From assembly GCA_963707985.1 (NCBI GenBank), contig CAVPRW010000046.1:96001-160000 (forward strand): a stretch of 64,000 bases of DNA, written 5' to 3'. This DNA is from an uncultured Nitrospinota bacterium (lineage in GTDB: Bacteria; Tectomicrobia; Entotheonellia; J063; CAVPRW01). Under the pieces are notes generated by a model. It saw nothing but the letters and a program-made list of their open reading frames with translations, searched no databases and was not told where the DNA came from. Made by a program: the position numbers and the translations under genes. This document shows, in pieces, positions 29,843-42,134 of this stretch (the stretch's first letter is position 1; every line of letters starts with the position of its first letter).

Positions 29843-30854
29843 TCAGCGACAGAATGGCAGCACGCGTTCCCCGAAGAGCCTGAGAGCTTGCAGGATGTTT
29901 GCATGCGGTGGTCCGCCTGAGTGGGCATGGCGGAGCCGCAGCAGAAAATAGTCCGCCCCCGTGGCTTCATGCCAGCGCTGGAATTCGCGTACACACGTCT
30001 CGGGATCACCAAGAATGAGGCGATTAGGGGCCAGGTTCTCCAAGGTAAACTCGACTTCGGGTCCGATGCTGCGGAACTCTGCGAGGCGGTTCTGCCAGTA
30101 GTAGCGATAGGCGGTCATGACCTCCGGTCCATACACTGCCGCGGCCTCAGCATGGGTCTCGGCCACCCAGGCGTCCCGCATCAGTACCACTTGGGGTTGA
30201 CGTCCAACCCCAAGGGCGGCCTGCCGGTAGGTGTTGATCAGGCGCAGTGTGCTCTCCAGAGTCGGCGCTAGGGGTCGCCACGAAGGCGTCGCCGAGGTGT
30301 CCGGCCCGGCGTACGGCAGTAGGAACACTGGCGCCAATCCACAGCGGCGGAGTCGGCGTTTGGTACGGCCGGGGGTGGATGCGTATATTGTCCAGTTGGT
30401 AGTGCCGGCCATGAAACGTGAAGGGCTCGCCACTCCAGCACTTGCGGATGATCTCGACCCCCTCCTCGAACAGCGCCACGCGGTGTTCCATGGGGACGGC
30501 GAACGCCTGAAAGTCGGCAGCTTGATAGCCGATCCCAACGCCCAGGATGACACGTCCTTTGGAGACGAGATCGAGCGTGATCACATCCTCCGCCAGGTGC
30601 ACCGGGTGATGCAGGGGTAGGAGAATCACCGAGGTGCCGACGTTCAACCGGCGCGTCTGGGCTGCCACCGCCGTCGCTACAATCAGCGGTGAGGGTAGGA
30701 ACCCATCTTTGTCCTGATGGTGCTCGCCAAAGAAGCAGGCATCAAACCCACACTCCTCAGCGAGCTGAGCTTCGGCGATGACCTCGTCGATGCAACGATC
30801 TAAATGCTCCCCGCGTGGCGGGTTGGCAATCGAGCTATAGATGCCGAATTTCAT
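29843..30854 (-). pseudogene. LLM-class flavin-dependent oxidoreductase, frameshift near 30265
   Basis: GFDACFFGEHH, PLHHPVHLAED, GRVILGVGIGY; the C-terminus (ALRLFGERVLP) is in another frame. Confidence 0.85.
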
Positions 30855-31189
30855 GCGGTGCCTCCATTCTTGTGCGGGCAGTCAGCTTGTCCCTGGCAGA
30901 CGCGACATGCTTCCCCGCTATGGTACTGTGTGCATTCGGCATGTGGCTAGCACGAAATCAATCCATCTGTTATGAGTATCCATGCTCAGTGGATGCCCCA
31001 AGCATGATGTCATCGAAGTGGGGACCTGGTGTCGGCCCCCAGTGCGGAACCAAGGAACCTTATTGGCCATGGTCGCACCTCGTTTCCTTCTTTGGCACCA
31101 AAACTCCCCACAACAGCCTGTCTCATCGTCATTTGTGGTGAGCCGGAGTGTGGCGGGTACATTCTCCTGGTATCGCGTGGCCGCATGGC

Positions 31190-31560
31190 GCTCACTTGCC
31201 AGTGGTCTCTGCTCTCCACGCCTTCAGAGCATGGCCCCGGCGCTCCCGAACCAGTGCCAGAAAGGTGTGGATCAGGGGATAGGCGCTCGCGAAACCTGGA
31301 TCCATCTGGCAGAGCGGGTCGAGATACGGTCGTGCCTCCACGGAGCACTTCGCGGCTGGACAGACGACGGCGAAGGAGACGGCACGGGCAGACGGCTGAT
31401 GCCCAGCTGGCGTGCGATGGTAGCTAACGGCACCCCTTGTGTTCGAAGCGCCTGCACCTCCTCATCGGTCGCGACCCATCCGGCATGCCGGGACCGCTGT
31501 CCCATCCCCGCTATATAGGCCTCACGGGCACCGAGGTATCTTCAACGGTGACGTCCGCAT
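31190..31560 (-). mobile_element. ISL3-family transposase remnant
   Basis: EEVQALRTQGVPLATIARQLGISR and FLALVRERRGHALKAW fragments. Confidence 0.55.
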
Positions 31561-32247
31561 GGCAGATCCCGTCGGTGAGTGGGAGTAGTCCAGTGATCAA
31601 GGGCTGGCGGGGAAGGGGCATAGCCAGAGGCTGGTATATCCGCAAATCGTCTCCGCGGATTTGAACGATTTCATCTGCAAAATATCTCTGGTCAGCCTAT
31701 CATTGACACTCGCGGGAGGGAAGCATCGGCCCGTGGGAGGGTGCATTACGCCCCTCGTGAGTTGATTTCTCTTGATTTTTCTGGCATTTCCTCTAAGCTG
31801 ACGTGGCATTGTGAGTTCTCGGGCATTCCTCGCTGCTGTGGAGCGGACACCCCTTGAGAGCGTCAAAAATGCATGTGTGTGGCCAAACATGGCTAGGACT
31901 TCCCTGACGCTGGTGGGGCATTGCGCCGACTCACCGGCACCTCTCCTCAGGCCGACGCCTGCCACGGGCCATGAGGCCGAAATCCTTGATGTATCAGACC
32001 GTATATGGGCTGTGATGCCGGCATCTGTCCATCTCGGCGGCCCCAACGGAAGATGAGATCCCTCTCTTGTACAGGGCTGCTGGGAGGGTGATGTGGAATC
32101 ATTCCTATAAACTCAATCATTAGGCATCATCGTCAGGGACGGAGGTGGAACACACCTGTTCTCCTCGACCCAGAGGCAACAGGGCTTTATCCTCCAAGAC
32201 GCATCAATCACGGTTGAGCTCACGATGACTAGAGGGGGGAATGTGCA

Positions 32248-33282
32248 ATGACGCAGATGCTGCACTCACGTCGAAGTGTCCTGAAGGGTCTGGCCGGTGC
32301 GGCCAGCACCGCCTTCTTCGGCCGCGCCTTCGCGCTGGCGCAAACCAAGCCCGAGGTTGGCAGCCTCGTGGTGGCGCCGCAGTTTGGCATCATTTATCTG
32401 CCGCTGCACGTCATCAAGGCAGAGAAGCTGATCGAGAAGCATCTGACGAAGAACGGCCTGCCGAACAGCAAGGTGGTCTGGGTGCAGACGACCGGAGGCG
32501 CGGCCGCCAACGAGGCGCTCCTGTCGGGCAACGTGCACATCGTCTCGGCCGGCTCCCCACCCCTCCTCACCATCTGGGACAAAACCCAGGGCAACGTGAA
32601 GGGCATCGGCTGCTTCGACGCGATGGCACTCTATCTCAACACCATCAATCCGAGCGTGACGACCCTCAAAGATTTCACGGATAAGGACCGCATCGCCCTG
32701 CCCGCGGTGAAGGTCTCGGCCCAGGCCATGGTGTTGCAGATGGCCTGCGAGAAGGCGTTCGGCGCCGGCCAGCACGCCACGCTCGATCACCTGACCGTGT
32801 CGATGGCGCATCCGGACGCTACGGCGGCGCTGCTCTCAGGCATGTCGGAGATTACGGCGCACTTTGCCAGCGCGCCGTTCATGTTCCAGCAGCTCGAGGA
32901 TCCGAAGGTGAAGAAGGTGCTCAGCTCCTTCGACGTGCTGGGTGGCCCGACGACAGGCGCCTCAGCCTACACGACGTCGACGTTCCGCAACGACAACCCG
33001 CGCACCTACAAAGCGTTCGTTGACGCCCTGACCGAAGCGCATGAGTTCATCCAGAAGAACCGCGGCCCGTCGGTGAAGATCTACATCGACGAGGAGAAGT
33101 CGAAGCTGTCCGAGGCCTTTATCGGCAAGATGCTCGACAGCCCGGATATCCAGCACACGATTGTGCCGCGCAACACCCTCAAGTACGCTGAGTTCATGTA
33201 CCAGGTGGGCTCGCTCCGGAACAAGCCGGCCTCATGGAAGGACTATTACTTCCCCGACATTCACGGGGTGATGGGCAGCTAA
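32248..33282 (+). CDS. NitT/TauT ABC substrate-binding protein, Tat signal
   Basis: SRRSVLK signal; QFGIIYLP, NEALLSG, DRIALPAVKVS and WKDYYF. Confidence 0.9.
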   Translation: MTQMLHSRRSVLKGLAGAASTAFFGRAFALAQTKPEVGSLVVAPQFGIIYLPLHVIKAEKLIEKHLTKNGLPNSKVVWVQTTGGAAANEALLSGNVHIVSAGSPPLLTIWDKTQGNVKGIGCFDAMALYLNTINPSVTTLKDFTDKDRIALPAVKVSAQAMVLQMACEKAFGAGQHATLDHLTVSMAHPDATAALLSGMSEITAHFASAPFMFQQLEDPKVKKVLSSFDVLGGPTTGASAYTTSTFRNDNPRTYKAFVDALTEAHEFIQKNRGPSVKIYIDEEKSKLSEAFIGKMLDSPDIQHTIVPRNTLKYAEFMYQVGSLRNKPASWKDYYFPDIHGVMGS

Positions 33283-33321
33283 GGCGGCGCCGTCCGACTG
33301 CGGCAGAGGGGAGAGGAGCGG

Positions 33322-34137
33322 ATGGACGCACGCACGGCGAAGGGGGCCAAGGGGCCCCTGCTCGAGGTTGATGGGGTGACGCTGCAGTATAAGACGCGCG
33401 AGCACCTCATCACCGCGACCTACCGGGTCAGCTTTCAGGTCTGGCCCTCGGACCGCTTCGTGCTGCTGGGGCCTTCAGGCTGCGGCAAATCGACGCTGCT
33501 CAAGGCTGTCGCGGGCTTCATGACGCCGGTCGAAGGGACGATGCGGCTCGGCGGCCGGGTCATCGAGCGGCCCGGCCCCGACCGCATGATGGTGTTCCAG
33601 GAGTTCGACCAGCTGCTGCCCTGGAAGACGGTGCAGCAGAACGTAATGTTCCCGATACTCATCTCGGGCCGCTTCGCGCGCCCCGAGGCCGAGCAGCGGG
33701 CGCTCACCTACATCAACAAGGTGCATTTAACCGAGTTCAGGGATGCCTACCCCCATACACTGTCCGGCGGCATGAAGCAGCGCGTGGCCATTGCACGCGC
33801 CATGGCCATGGAGCCCGATATCCTGCTCATGGACGAGCCCTTTGCCGCACTCGACGCGCTGACCAGGCGCCAGATGCAGGAGGAGTTGCTGCAGCTCTGG
33901 GAGGACACGCAGTTCACGGTGCTGTTTGTCACCCATTCGATCGAGGAGGCGATCATCGTCGGCTCGCGTATCCTCGTGCTCTCGCCCCATCCGGGTCAGG
34001 TCAAGGCCGAGCTCAACGCCCACGCCTTCGACCACGCGGCGCAGGGGGGGCGCGCGTTCCAGACGCTCCAGCAGCGCCTACACACCATGCTGTTCGCCGA
34101 GCGTATCGAGACGGAGAAGGTGCGGACCGATGGCTGA
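33322..34137 (+). CDS. NitT/TauT ABC ATPase
   Basis: GPSGCGKS, LSGGMKQR and LLMDEPF. Confidence 0.93.
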   Translation: MDARTAKGAKGPLLEVDGVTLQYKTREHLITATYRVSFQVWPSDRFVLLGPSGCGKSTLLKAVAGFMTPVEGTMRLGGRVIERPGPDRMMVFQEFDQLLPWKTVQQNVMFPILISGRFARPEAEQRALTYINKVHLTEFRDAYPHTLSGGMKQRVAIARAMAMEPDILLMDEPFAALDALTRRQMQEELLQLWEDTQFTVLFVTHSIEEAIIVGSRILVLSPHPGQVKAELNAHAFDHAAQGGRAFQTLQQRLHTMLFAERIETEKVRTDG

Positions 34138-35014
34138 CGGACGCCATCCGCCCGCGGCCCTGGTGCGGCCCGAGTTCGAGATGCAGCCCGGCGAGGCGTC
34201 CCATATCGGCGACGTGGCGCGCCCGCTGGCGATCTGGGAGCGGATCAACAACAACCCCTTCGCGTGGCGCGTCTTGATCCTCGTCATCCTGGCGGCCGGG
34301 TGGGAACTGTATGCCCGCTGGCTGGACAATCCGCTGATGTTCCCGGCCTTCAGCGAGATGGCCGCGGCACTCTGGGACGCGACCGTGCGCGGTCCGCTGA
34401 TCGAGCGCACGCTCACCACGATTCGGGTGCTGCTCATGGGTTACGCGGCCGGCATCGGGCTCGCGGCGATATTCACGACCCTCGCCGTGTCGACGCGCCT
34501 CGGCACCCACCTCCTGTCGACGCTCACGGCCATGTTCAACCCGCTGCCCGCGATTGCCTTGCTGCCGCTTGCCCTGCTGTGGTTCGGGCTTGGCATCCCG
34601 AGCCTCGTCTTCGTCATTGTCCACTCTGTTCTCTGGGCGGTGGCGCTCAACACCCACACCGGGTTCCTCGCCGTCCCCGAGACGCAGCGCATGGCCGGCC
34701 AGAATTACGGCCTGCGTGGCGTGCGCTACGTGATGCAAATCCTGATCCCGGCCGCGTTTCCGTCGATTCTCGCCGGCCTCAAGATCGGTTGGGCCTTCGC
34801 CTGGCGCACGCTCATCGCCGCGGAGCTCGTGTTTGGCGTGTCGTCGCGTTCGGGCGGACTGGGGTGGTTTATCTTCGAGAACCGCAATCAACTCGAGACG
34901 GCATACGTGTTCGCTGGCCTCACGACGGTGATCATCATCGGCCTCCTCGTCGAGAGCGTCGTCTTCCGCACCGTCGAGACCCACACCGTCCGCAAATGGG
35001 GCATGCAGCGGTGA
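34130..35014 (+). CDS. NitT/TauT ABC permease
   Basis: NPLPAIALLPL and AWRTLIAAELVFG. Confidence 0.92.
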   Translation: MADGRHPPAALVRPEFEMQPGEASHIGDVARPLAIWERINNNPFAWRVLILVILAAGWELYARWLDNPLMFPAFSEMAAALWDATVRGPLIERTLTTIRVLLMGYAAGIGLAAIFTTLAVSTRLGTHLLSTLTAMFNPLPAIALLPLALLWFGLGIPSLVFVIVHSVLWAVALNTHTGFLAVPETQRMAGQNYGLRGVRYVMQILIPAAFPSILAGLKIGWAFAWRTLIAAELVFGVSSRSGGLGWFIFENRNQLETAYVFAGLTTVIIIGLLVESVVFRTVETHTVRKWGMQR

Positions 35015-35613
35015 GCAAGTTTCACGTCGATCCCGAAACGGTCAAGGAGGCGGCAACTGTCAGGAACTACAACGGGTTATGACCTTTCATACGCTTCTGA
35101 CTGTCCGACAGTTCCTGGAACGGGTGGGCTCTGGTTGGACATGAGACCTCTCCACCCATCCCACCAGTCAGGGCCGTACGGTTCATTAAAAACCTGGGGC
35201 AGACTCGAATGACTGTACTCTGCCTCAACGCAGCGGAGGTGCGGGAAGGCCAGACTGGGCTCCGCCCCAAGTGGTAAGCGTTGGTGTCAAAGGGGGTAGG
35301 GGGCTTTGCCGGTGTCAAGACGGTCGTGCCCGCGATCACGAGCCGCTTAGCTACCACCAGAGGAGAAATGTTGGTAAGCGTTCAGGGGGTAACGCGTTGA
35401 GGTGACAGAGGGCGACAGGCCATTTCCTTTCTTCTGAGCCCTTTTCGGCCTCTTCCTCATCGTCCCAATGCCACGGCCCCTGTAGAGCGGGGCAATTTCT
35501 CCTGCCACGGCTCCATATTCCTGGTATACTCGCGGTGCTCTTTCCCTATAGACCCCACCTGGACGAACGTTGCTCTTCCATGGCACAAGCGCCAGCGGGC
35601 TGGAGGATCGGCC

Positions 35614-38600
35614 GTGACCTTCGAGGAGATTGTGGACCAAGCGGTGGCCATGCTCCAACGTCGAGGCCGCATAGCCTATCGCACGCTGAAACGGCAGTTC
35701 CAGCTCGATGATGAGGCCCTCGAGGACCTGAAGACCGAGCTCATCAAAGCGCAACGGCTCGCCGTGGATGAGAATGGGGAAGTGCTAGTGTGGACCGACG
35801 GGACAGTGAGCCCCGGAGGGCTGGCCGAGGCGCAGACCCGTGCGCCTCTTATCTCGATGCCTGCGCATCTGGCAGAGAAGATTCTCCAGTCCAAGCCCAC
35901 CCTCGAAGGCGAACGCAAGCAGGTCACGGTGCTGTTTGCGGACCTGAAGGGGTCCATGGAACTGCTGGCGGACCGCGACCCCGAAGAGGCCCGACAGCTG
36001 CTGGACCCGGTCCTGGAACGCATGATCGAGGCCGTGCACCGCTACGAGGGCACGGTTAACCAGGTGATGGGCGATGGCATTATGGCCCTCTTCGGCGCGC
36101 CCATTGCCCATGAAGATCATGCCGTACGCGCCTGCTACGCCGCGCTGCGCATGCAGGAGACCGTGACCCGCTACGGCGACGAGATGCAGCGTTCCCACGG
36201 GATCCCGGTGCAGATCCGCGTCGGGCTCAATGCTGGGGAAGTGGTGGTGCGGGCGATTGACAGTAGCCTGCACATGGACTACACGGCGGTGGGCCAGACC
36301 ACCCACCTGGCGGCACGTCTGGAGCAGATGGCCAAGCCGGGCTCGGTGCTCACCACGGGTGAGACCCTGCGGCTGGCCGAAGGGTTCGTCCAGGTCAAAG
36401 CGCTGGGCCCCGTCGCGGTCAAGGGACTGGCGGACCCCGTGGAGGTGTTCGAGCTCGTCGGCGCCGGCTCCACCCGCACGCGCATGCAGGCGTTTGCGGC
36501 CCATGGGCTCACCCGCTTCGTCGGGCGGCAGGCGGAGTTCGAGGCCTTGCGCCAAGCCCTGGAGCGCGCTGGCACCCGCCACGGCCAGGTCGTGGCGGTG
36601 ATTGGCGAGCCCGGGGTGGGCAAGACCCGCCTGGTCTAAGAGTTCACCCGCTCCCATCACACCCACGACTGGCTCGTGCTCGCAAGCAGCTCGGTCTCCT
36701 ACGGCAAGGCGACGGCCTATCTCCCCGTGTGCGACCTGCTCAAGGCCTACTTCCAGCTTGACGACCGCGACGATGGGCGCACGATCCGCGAGAAGCTCAC
36801 CGGGAAGCTCCGCACCCTGGATACGACCCTCGGGCCGGCGTTGCCGGCCTTCCTGACGCTCCTGGACGTACCGGTCGAAGACCGGCACTGGCATGAGCTG
36901 GATCCGGCGCAACGCCGCCAGTGCACTCTTGAGGCCATCAAGGGCCTGCTCCTGCGTGAGAGCCAGGTGCAGCCGCTGCTCCTGGTCGTCGAGAACCTGC
37001 ACTGGATCGACGCTGAGACCCAGGCGGTCCTCGACAGTCTGATCGAGCGCCTGCCCACCGCCCGCCTGCTCCTGCTCGTCACCTACCGCCCCGAGTACCA
37101 GCACGGCTGGGGGCACAAGACGTACTACACCCAGCTGCGGCTCGACCCCTTGCCCCCTGCGCGCGCCGAGGAACTCCTGCAGGCCCTGCTGGGGGACGAC
37201 GTAGGGGCGACCGGCCGGTCGCCCCTACAGCCGCTCAAGCGGCTCTTGATCGAGCGCACCGAGGGCAATCCCTTTTTCCTGGAGGAGAGCGTCCGGACCT
37301 TGGTGGAGACTGGGGTACTGGTCGGCGCACGTGGCGCCTCTCGCCTGGCAAAGCCTCTTGAGAGCCTGCAGGTCCCCGCCACGGTACAGGCCGTCCTGGC
37401 GGCCCGCATCGACCGCCTGCCACCCGAGGAGAAGCGTCTCCTCCAGACCGCGGCAGTGATCGGCACCGAGGTACCCTTCGCCCTCGTGCAGGCCATCGGG
37501 GAGCTGTCCGAGGAGGACCTGCGCCGCGCTCTCGGCCACCTGCAGGCCGCCGAGTTCCTCTACGAAACCAGCCTCTTCCCCGAGCTCGCATACACCTTCA
37601 AGCATGCCCTGACCCACGAGGTGGCCTACGGTAGTCTCGTGCAGGAGCGGCGGCGGGCCCTCCACGCCCGCATTGTCGACGCCAGCGAACGGCTCTATGC
37701 CGACCGTCTGACCGAGCAGGCGGAACGGCTGGCCCAGCATGCCTTGCGGGGCGAGGTCTGGGACAAGGCCGTGGCGTACTGTCGACAGGACGGTACCAAG
37801 GCATTGGCGCGTTCGGCCTTCCGAGAGGTTGTGGGATGCACCGAGCAGGCCTTTGCAGCCCTCAGGCATCTCCCGGAGAGCCGTGCCACGCAGGAGCAGG
37901 CCATCGACCTCCGGCTCAACCTGCGGAATGCGCTCTGGTCACTCGGAGAACTCAGGCAGATGCTCGACTACCTCGGCGAGGCTGCCACCCTCGCCGAGGC
38001 CATCGGCGACCAGCCGCGGCTGGGGCGGGTCTCCGCCTTTATGTGCCGATATTTGAGGGAGATGGGGGACCATGACCGCGCGGTCGAGTCGGGCCAGCAC
38101 GCCCTCGCGGTCGCTGCGACCCTCGGAGATTTCGCCCTGCAGGTTATGGCACAGCACTTCCTGGGGGTGGCCTATCATACGCTGGGCGACCATCGTCGCG
38201 CGATGGGGGTGCTGAGGAGCAATGTGGAGTCGCTTGCAGGGGATCTGATCCGTGAGCGCTTCGGCGTGGTCGGCTATCCTTCCGTGAACTCCCGTGCCTG
38301 GTTAGTCCGGTGCCTTGCCGAGCTGGGAGCGTTCCCCGAGGGGGTCGCATATGGCGAAGAAGCGGTCCAGATCGCAGAGGGAATCGACCACCCAGTCAGC
38401 CGCGTCCTGGCGTATCTCGGTGTCGGTTTTCTCTCCCTCCGCCAGAGAGACTTCTTCAGGGCCATCCCCGTACTCGAGCGCTGCCTTGATCTGTGTCGGG
38501 TTTGGAACAGCCTGGTCTGGTTCCCTGAGACCGCTGCGGCCCTGGGCTGTGCGTATGCCTTTGCCGGCCGTGTCGCCGAGGCCTTGCCGTTGCTAGAGCA

Positions 38601-39051
38601 GGCGGAGCAGAGGGGTGCCGCGATGGGGACCATGGGCGGTCAGTCGCTGCGGGTGGGCTATGTGAGTGAGGCCTATCTGCTGGCCGGCCGCATGGAGGAG
38701 GCGATACAACTCGCTGGGCGTGCCCTCGACCTCGCCCGTGCCCATAAGGAGCGGGGACATGAGGCGTGGGCCCTGCGGCTCCTCGGCGAGATCGCCGCCC
38801 ATCAGGAGTCCCCGGAGATCGAGCCAGCCGAACATCACTACCGGCAGGCCCTCGCCCTGGCTGAGGAACTCGGCATGCGTCCGCTCGTGGCCCACTGCCA
38901 CCTCGGCCTCGGCACGCTGTATGCCAAGACCGGCCAGCGGGAGAGGGACCGCGCTGAGCTGTCCATGGCTGTCGAGATGTATCGCGCCATGGCGATGACG
39001 TTCTGGCTCCCTGAGGCGGAAAGAGCGCTGACGGAAGTGGCGGGGCGCTGA
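35614..39051 (+). pseudogene. Class III adenylate/guanylate cyclase-AAA ATPase-TPR protein, in-frame TAA at 36637-36639
   Basis: VTVLFADLKGS, MGDGIMALFG, NAGEV and GEPGVGKT; the frame continues after the stop (RLV*EFT) into ATPase and TPR regions. Confidence 0.9.
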
Positions 39052-39127
39052 TCACGTGTGTTGACCGTTCAAATGGCGCCCCGCTGCAGTGTAGGCTTCC
39101 AGTTGCGTGCGATGAGAGGGTGTCGCG

Positions 39128-40515
39128 GTGATTGCTCTCCCACTTCCAGCAGGGCTTCCGCCAGGGCTTCCGCTGGATGCCGCCAGTTGGGACCAGACCC
39201 TGCTCGTGATGCGTCAGTTGATCATCCAGCTGCTCGCCGTCATCCAGCAACAGACCGCGCGGATCGCCGCACTCGAAGCTCGGCTGTCCCAGACCTCCCG
39301 CAACTCGGATCGTCCTCCCTCCGCCGATCCCCCGTTTGTGACAAAGCCCTCTTCCTCAACCACACAGGGGACTCCAGGAGCGAAGCCGGGACATCCTGGG
39401 CATCGCCAAGCGCTGTTGGCGCCCACGGAGATTATACAGGTCAAGCCTAAACCCTGTGCCTGTGGGCAGCGGAAGTTTTCAGCGACGACGCCTTACTATA
39501 CCCACGAGGTGGTCGAGCTGCCCGAGATCCAGATGGCCGTGACGCATGTCGTGTTGCACGAGACTCGGTGTCCTCGGTGTGGCCGCCTCCTCAAAGCCGA
39601 GCTTCCTGCCGAGTACCGCTATGGGTATGGCCCCCGGTTGACGGCGCTCATCGGGGAGTTGTCGTGCCCTCAGCGGGACAGTCGCCGTGCCGTGCAGGAG
39701 TTTTGCACGTCCGTCTTGGGGATCCCAATCAGCCGGGGAGCCATCCAACGCGCGGTCGACCGAGTCTCGGAAGCCATCAAACCACATTACGAGGCGATTG
39801 CGACACAGGCCCGCGCAGTGAAGGTCAACTATATTGACGAGACCGCGTGGTATCAACACGGGGTGTTGGCCTGGCTGTGGGTGATGGTCAATACCACCGT
39901 GGCCTTGTTCACCGTGCAGACGAGCCGGAGTAGGGCGGCCTTTGAGGCTCTAATCGAACGATGGGCCGGGATTGTGGTCAGTGATGGCTATTGCGTGTAT
40001 CAGCACTGGATGCATCAGCGCCAGACCTGTCTAGCCCATTTGATCCGCCGAGCGCGGGGGCTGTCGGAGCGGCAAGAGCCGGAGGTGGCCTGGTTTGGGC
40101 GTCGAGTGGCGGAGTTGCAACGGTTGGTGCATTGGGCGCAAGCGCCACCAACGGCAGGGGCCGTGCAGACCTGGTATGCCCGGATGATCCATCTGCTGGG
40201 CCCCTATCGTCTCCGTCGCGATGCGGCGGGGACGTTTGCCCGCACGCTGGAGCGGGAGATGGGCGCCCTGGGGACCTTTGTGGTGGAGGCAGGGGTAGAG
40301 CCCACCAATAACCGGGCGGAGCGGGCACTCCGGTTTGCGGTCCTGTGGCGCAAGATGATGCAGGGGACCTACAATGCCAAGGGCGACCGCTGGGTGGAGC
40401 GGATCCTTTCGGTGCGGGAGACGTGCCGCCCGCGGGCAGGCCCACCTTCCCGGTCCTGGTGCACGCGGTCACGTGTGACTTAAACGGTCAGCCTCCAGAT
40501 GTCTCCTGGATTTAA
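39128..40515 (+). CDS. tnpC: IS66 transposase (single-ORF type), frameshift near 40430
   Basis: SRNSDRPPS, GAKPGHPG, Zn-finger cysteines, IDETAW, VVSDGY, QTCLAHL and EPTNNRAERALR. Confidence 0.92.
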
Positions 40516-40545
40516 CGGTTCTACCCCCTGAACACTTACAAATGT

Positions 40546-40554
40546 TGGTATAAT
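40546..40554 (+). promoter_or_regulatory. Extended -10 element for the SDR gene
   Basis: TGGTATAAT, overlapping the right target duplication. Confidence 0.45.
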
Positions 40555-40593
40555 CAACTGCCAATATTGGCATATATCCAAGGAGGGAGAGTT

Positions 40594-41391
40594 ATGGATT
40601 TGGGACTGAAGGATAAGGTGGCGATCATTACCGGTGGTAGTGAAGGCATTGGGAAGGCTGCGGCCCACCGCATGGCTGAGGAAGGCGCGCGCGTAGTCAT
40701 CGTGGCCAGGCGCCCCGAAGTGCTGAAGGCGGCCGCTGAAGAGATTCAGCAGGCGACGAAGGGTACCGTGCTACCGGTCCAGGGCGATGTGGCCGAGCCT
40801 GCGACGATTACACGCGTCGTGCAGACGACGCTCGACAACTTTGGACGCATCGACATCCTGGTGAATAATGCCGGGGTTTCGATGGCCAAGCCTTTTGAAG
40901 CCGTGAGCGATGAGGATTGGGAGTCGGACTTTAGCCTGAAGGTCTGGGGTGCGGTCCGCTTTATCCGGGCGGTCATCCCTGAAATGCGCAAAGTCGGCGG
41001 CGGCAGGATCATCAACGTCACCAACTTGGGTGGTCGGACTCCTGGCCCGTCGTCCATGCCGACGTCCATCTCCCGAGCGGCGGGCATCGCGATTACCAAA
41101 GGTCTATCGAAAGATCTGGCCAAAGACAACATTTTGGTCAATACGGTCTGCATCGGGCTCATCAAGAGTGGCCAACATGAGCGGCGTTATGCCCGGCAGA
41201 AGCAGTCGAATCCCAACCTTACCCTGGATGAGGTCTACGCCGACTCGGTGAAAAACCGTGGCGTGCCCTTAGGGCGGGTTGGCGAAGCCCACGAAGCAGG
41301 AGACGTGATTACCTTCCTGGCTTCGGGGATGGCCAGCTATCTGACCGGTGTCGCCATCAACATCGACGGGGGCACGTCAGCGGTGGTTTAA
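40594..41391 (+). CDS. SDR-family oxidoreductase
   Basis: TGGSEGIG and NNAG; atypical catalytic segment (TSISR instead of YxxxK). Confidence 0.9.
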   Translation: MDLGLKDKVAIITGGSEGIGKAAAHRMAEEGARVVIVARRPEVLKAAAEEIQQATKGTVLPVQGDVAEPATITRVVQTTLDNFGRIDILVNNAGVSMAKPFEAVSDEDWESDFSLKVWGAVRFIRAVIPEMRKVGGGRIINVTNLGGRTPGPSSMPTSISRAAGIAITKGLSKDLAKDNILVNTVCIGLIKSGQHERRYARQKQSNPNLTLDEVYADSVKNRGVPLGRVGEAHEAGDVITFLASGMASYLTGVAINIDGGTSAVV

Positions 41392-41510
41392 CTCAAGGGA
41401 GCGGGCTATGGCATTTCCGTAGCGCTTTGCTTCCCAGAAGTAGGACCATAATGCGGCCGTAACCGGGGAGTCATTGCAGACCCTCGGTTACGACCACAAC
41501 CGGTTCACAT

Positions 41511-42023
41511 CTAGCCGACCTTGGTATAGTCAGCCTTGGGAATTTCCGGCCTTGGCGGCTCAGGCGCGCCGATGTCCATCGGCGCCGCCCCACCACGGGT
41601 GGACTTCATGTATGCGAGTCCTTCCTCTTCGGTCGCGAAGGTGTCGCAGAACAGCTCCATCTCGATGCCGTCGGGATCCAGAAAATAGACGCTCCGCGTC
41701 ATGCCGTGATCGACGATGTGGTCAATGGTGGCGTTGGCCTCGATCAGCCGTTTGTGGGCTGCCTGCAACGTCTGGTAGTTCTCCACCTTAAAGGCGAAGT
41801 GGTTGAGACCGATAGCTCCCTTCTCACTCGGCCGAGCGCCCTCGGGCGCTTTGAACAGAGCCAGGTTGTGGTGGACGACGCCGCAGGTCAAAAAGGCAGC
41901 GGCGCCATCCGGACGAAACCGAGACACCTGGAACCCTACGACGTCGCGATAGAACTTCGTAGACCGCTCGACATCGGTGACGTTGAGAACTACGTGGCCA
42001 ATCTCTTTGGGTGCGATGCTCAT
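41511..42023 (-). CDS. VOC/glyoxalase-family protein
   Basis: IGHVVL, HHNLAL, GLNHFAF and DHG..SVYFLDPDG..E. Confidence 0.9.
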   Translation of the reverse strand: MSIAPKEIGHVVLNVTDVERSTKFYRDVVGFQVSRFRPDGAAAFLTCGVVHHNLALFKAPEGARPSEKGAIGLNHFAFKVENYQTLQAAHKRLIEANATIDHIVDHGMTRSVYFLDPDGIEMELFCDTFATEEEGLAYMKSTRGGAAPMDIGAPEPPRPEIPKADYTKVG

Positions 42024-42134
42024 CCTGATTCCCCCTTTTCCCAGAGGCCCGTTGGCCCTCTCTGAGCAGAGTATTCATTCTTCCACAGGCCAAGGGTCTG
42101 CTCCTCCCTCGACTTGCGACTGCTGTGCTGTGGC

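Larger units (their letters stand above)
35374..40539 (+). mobile_element. IS66-family element with passenger gene (5166 bp)
   Basis: Left end GTAAGCGTTCAGGGGGTA and right end (reverse complement) GTAAGTGTTCAGGGGGTA match 17/18. Direct repeat AAATGTTG at 35366-35373 and 40540-40547. Confidence 0.9.
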
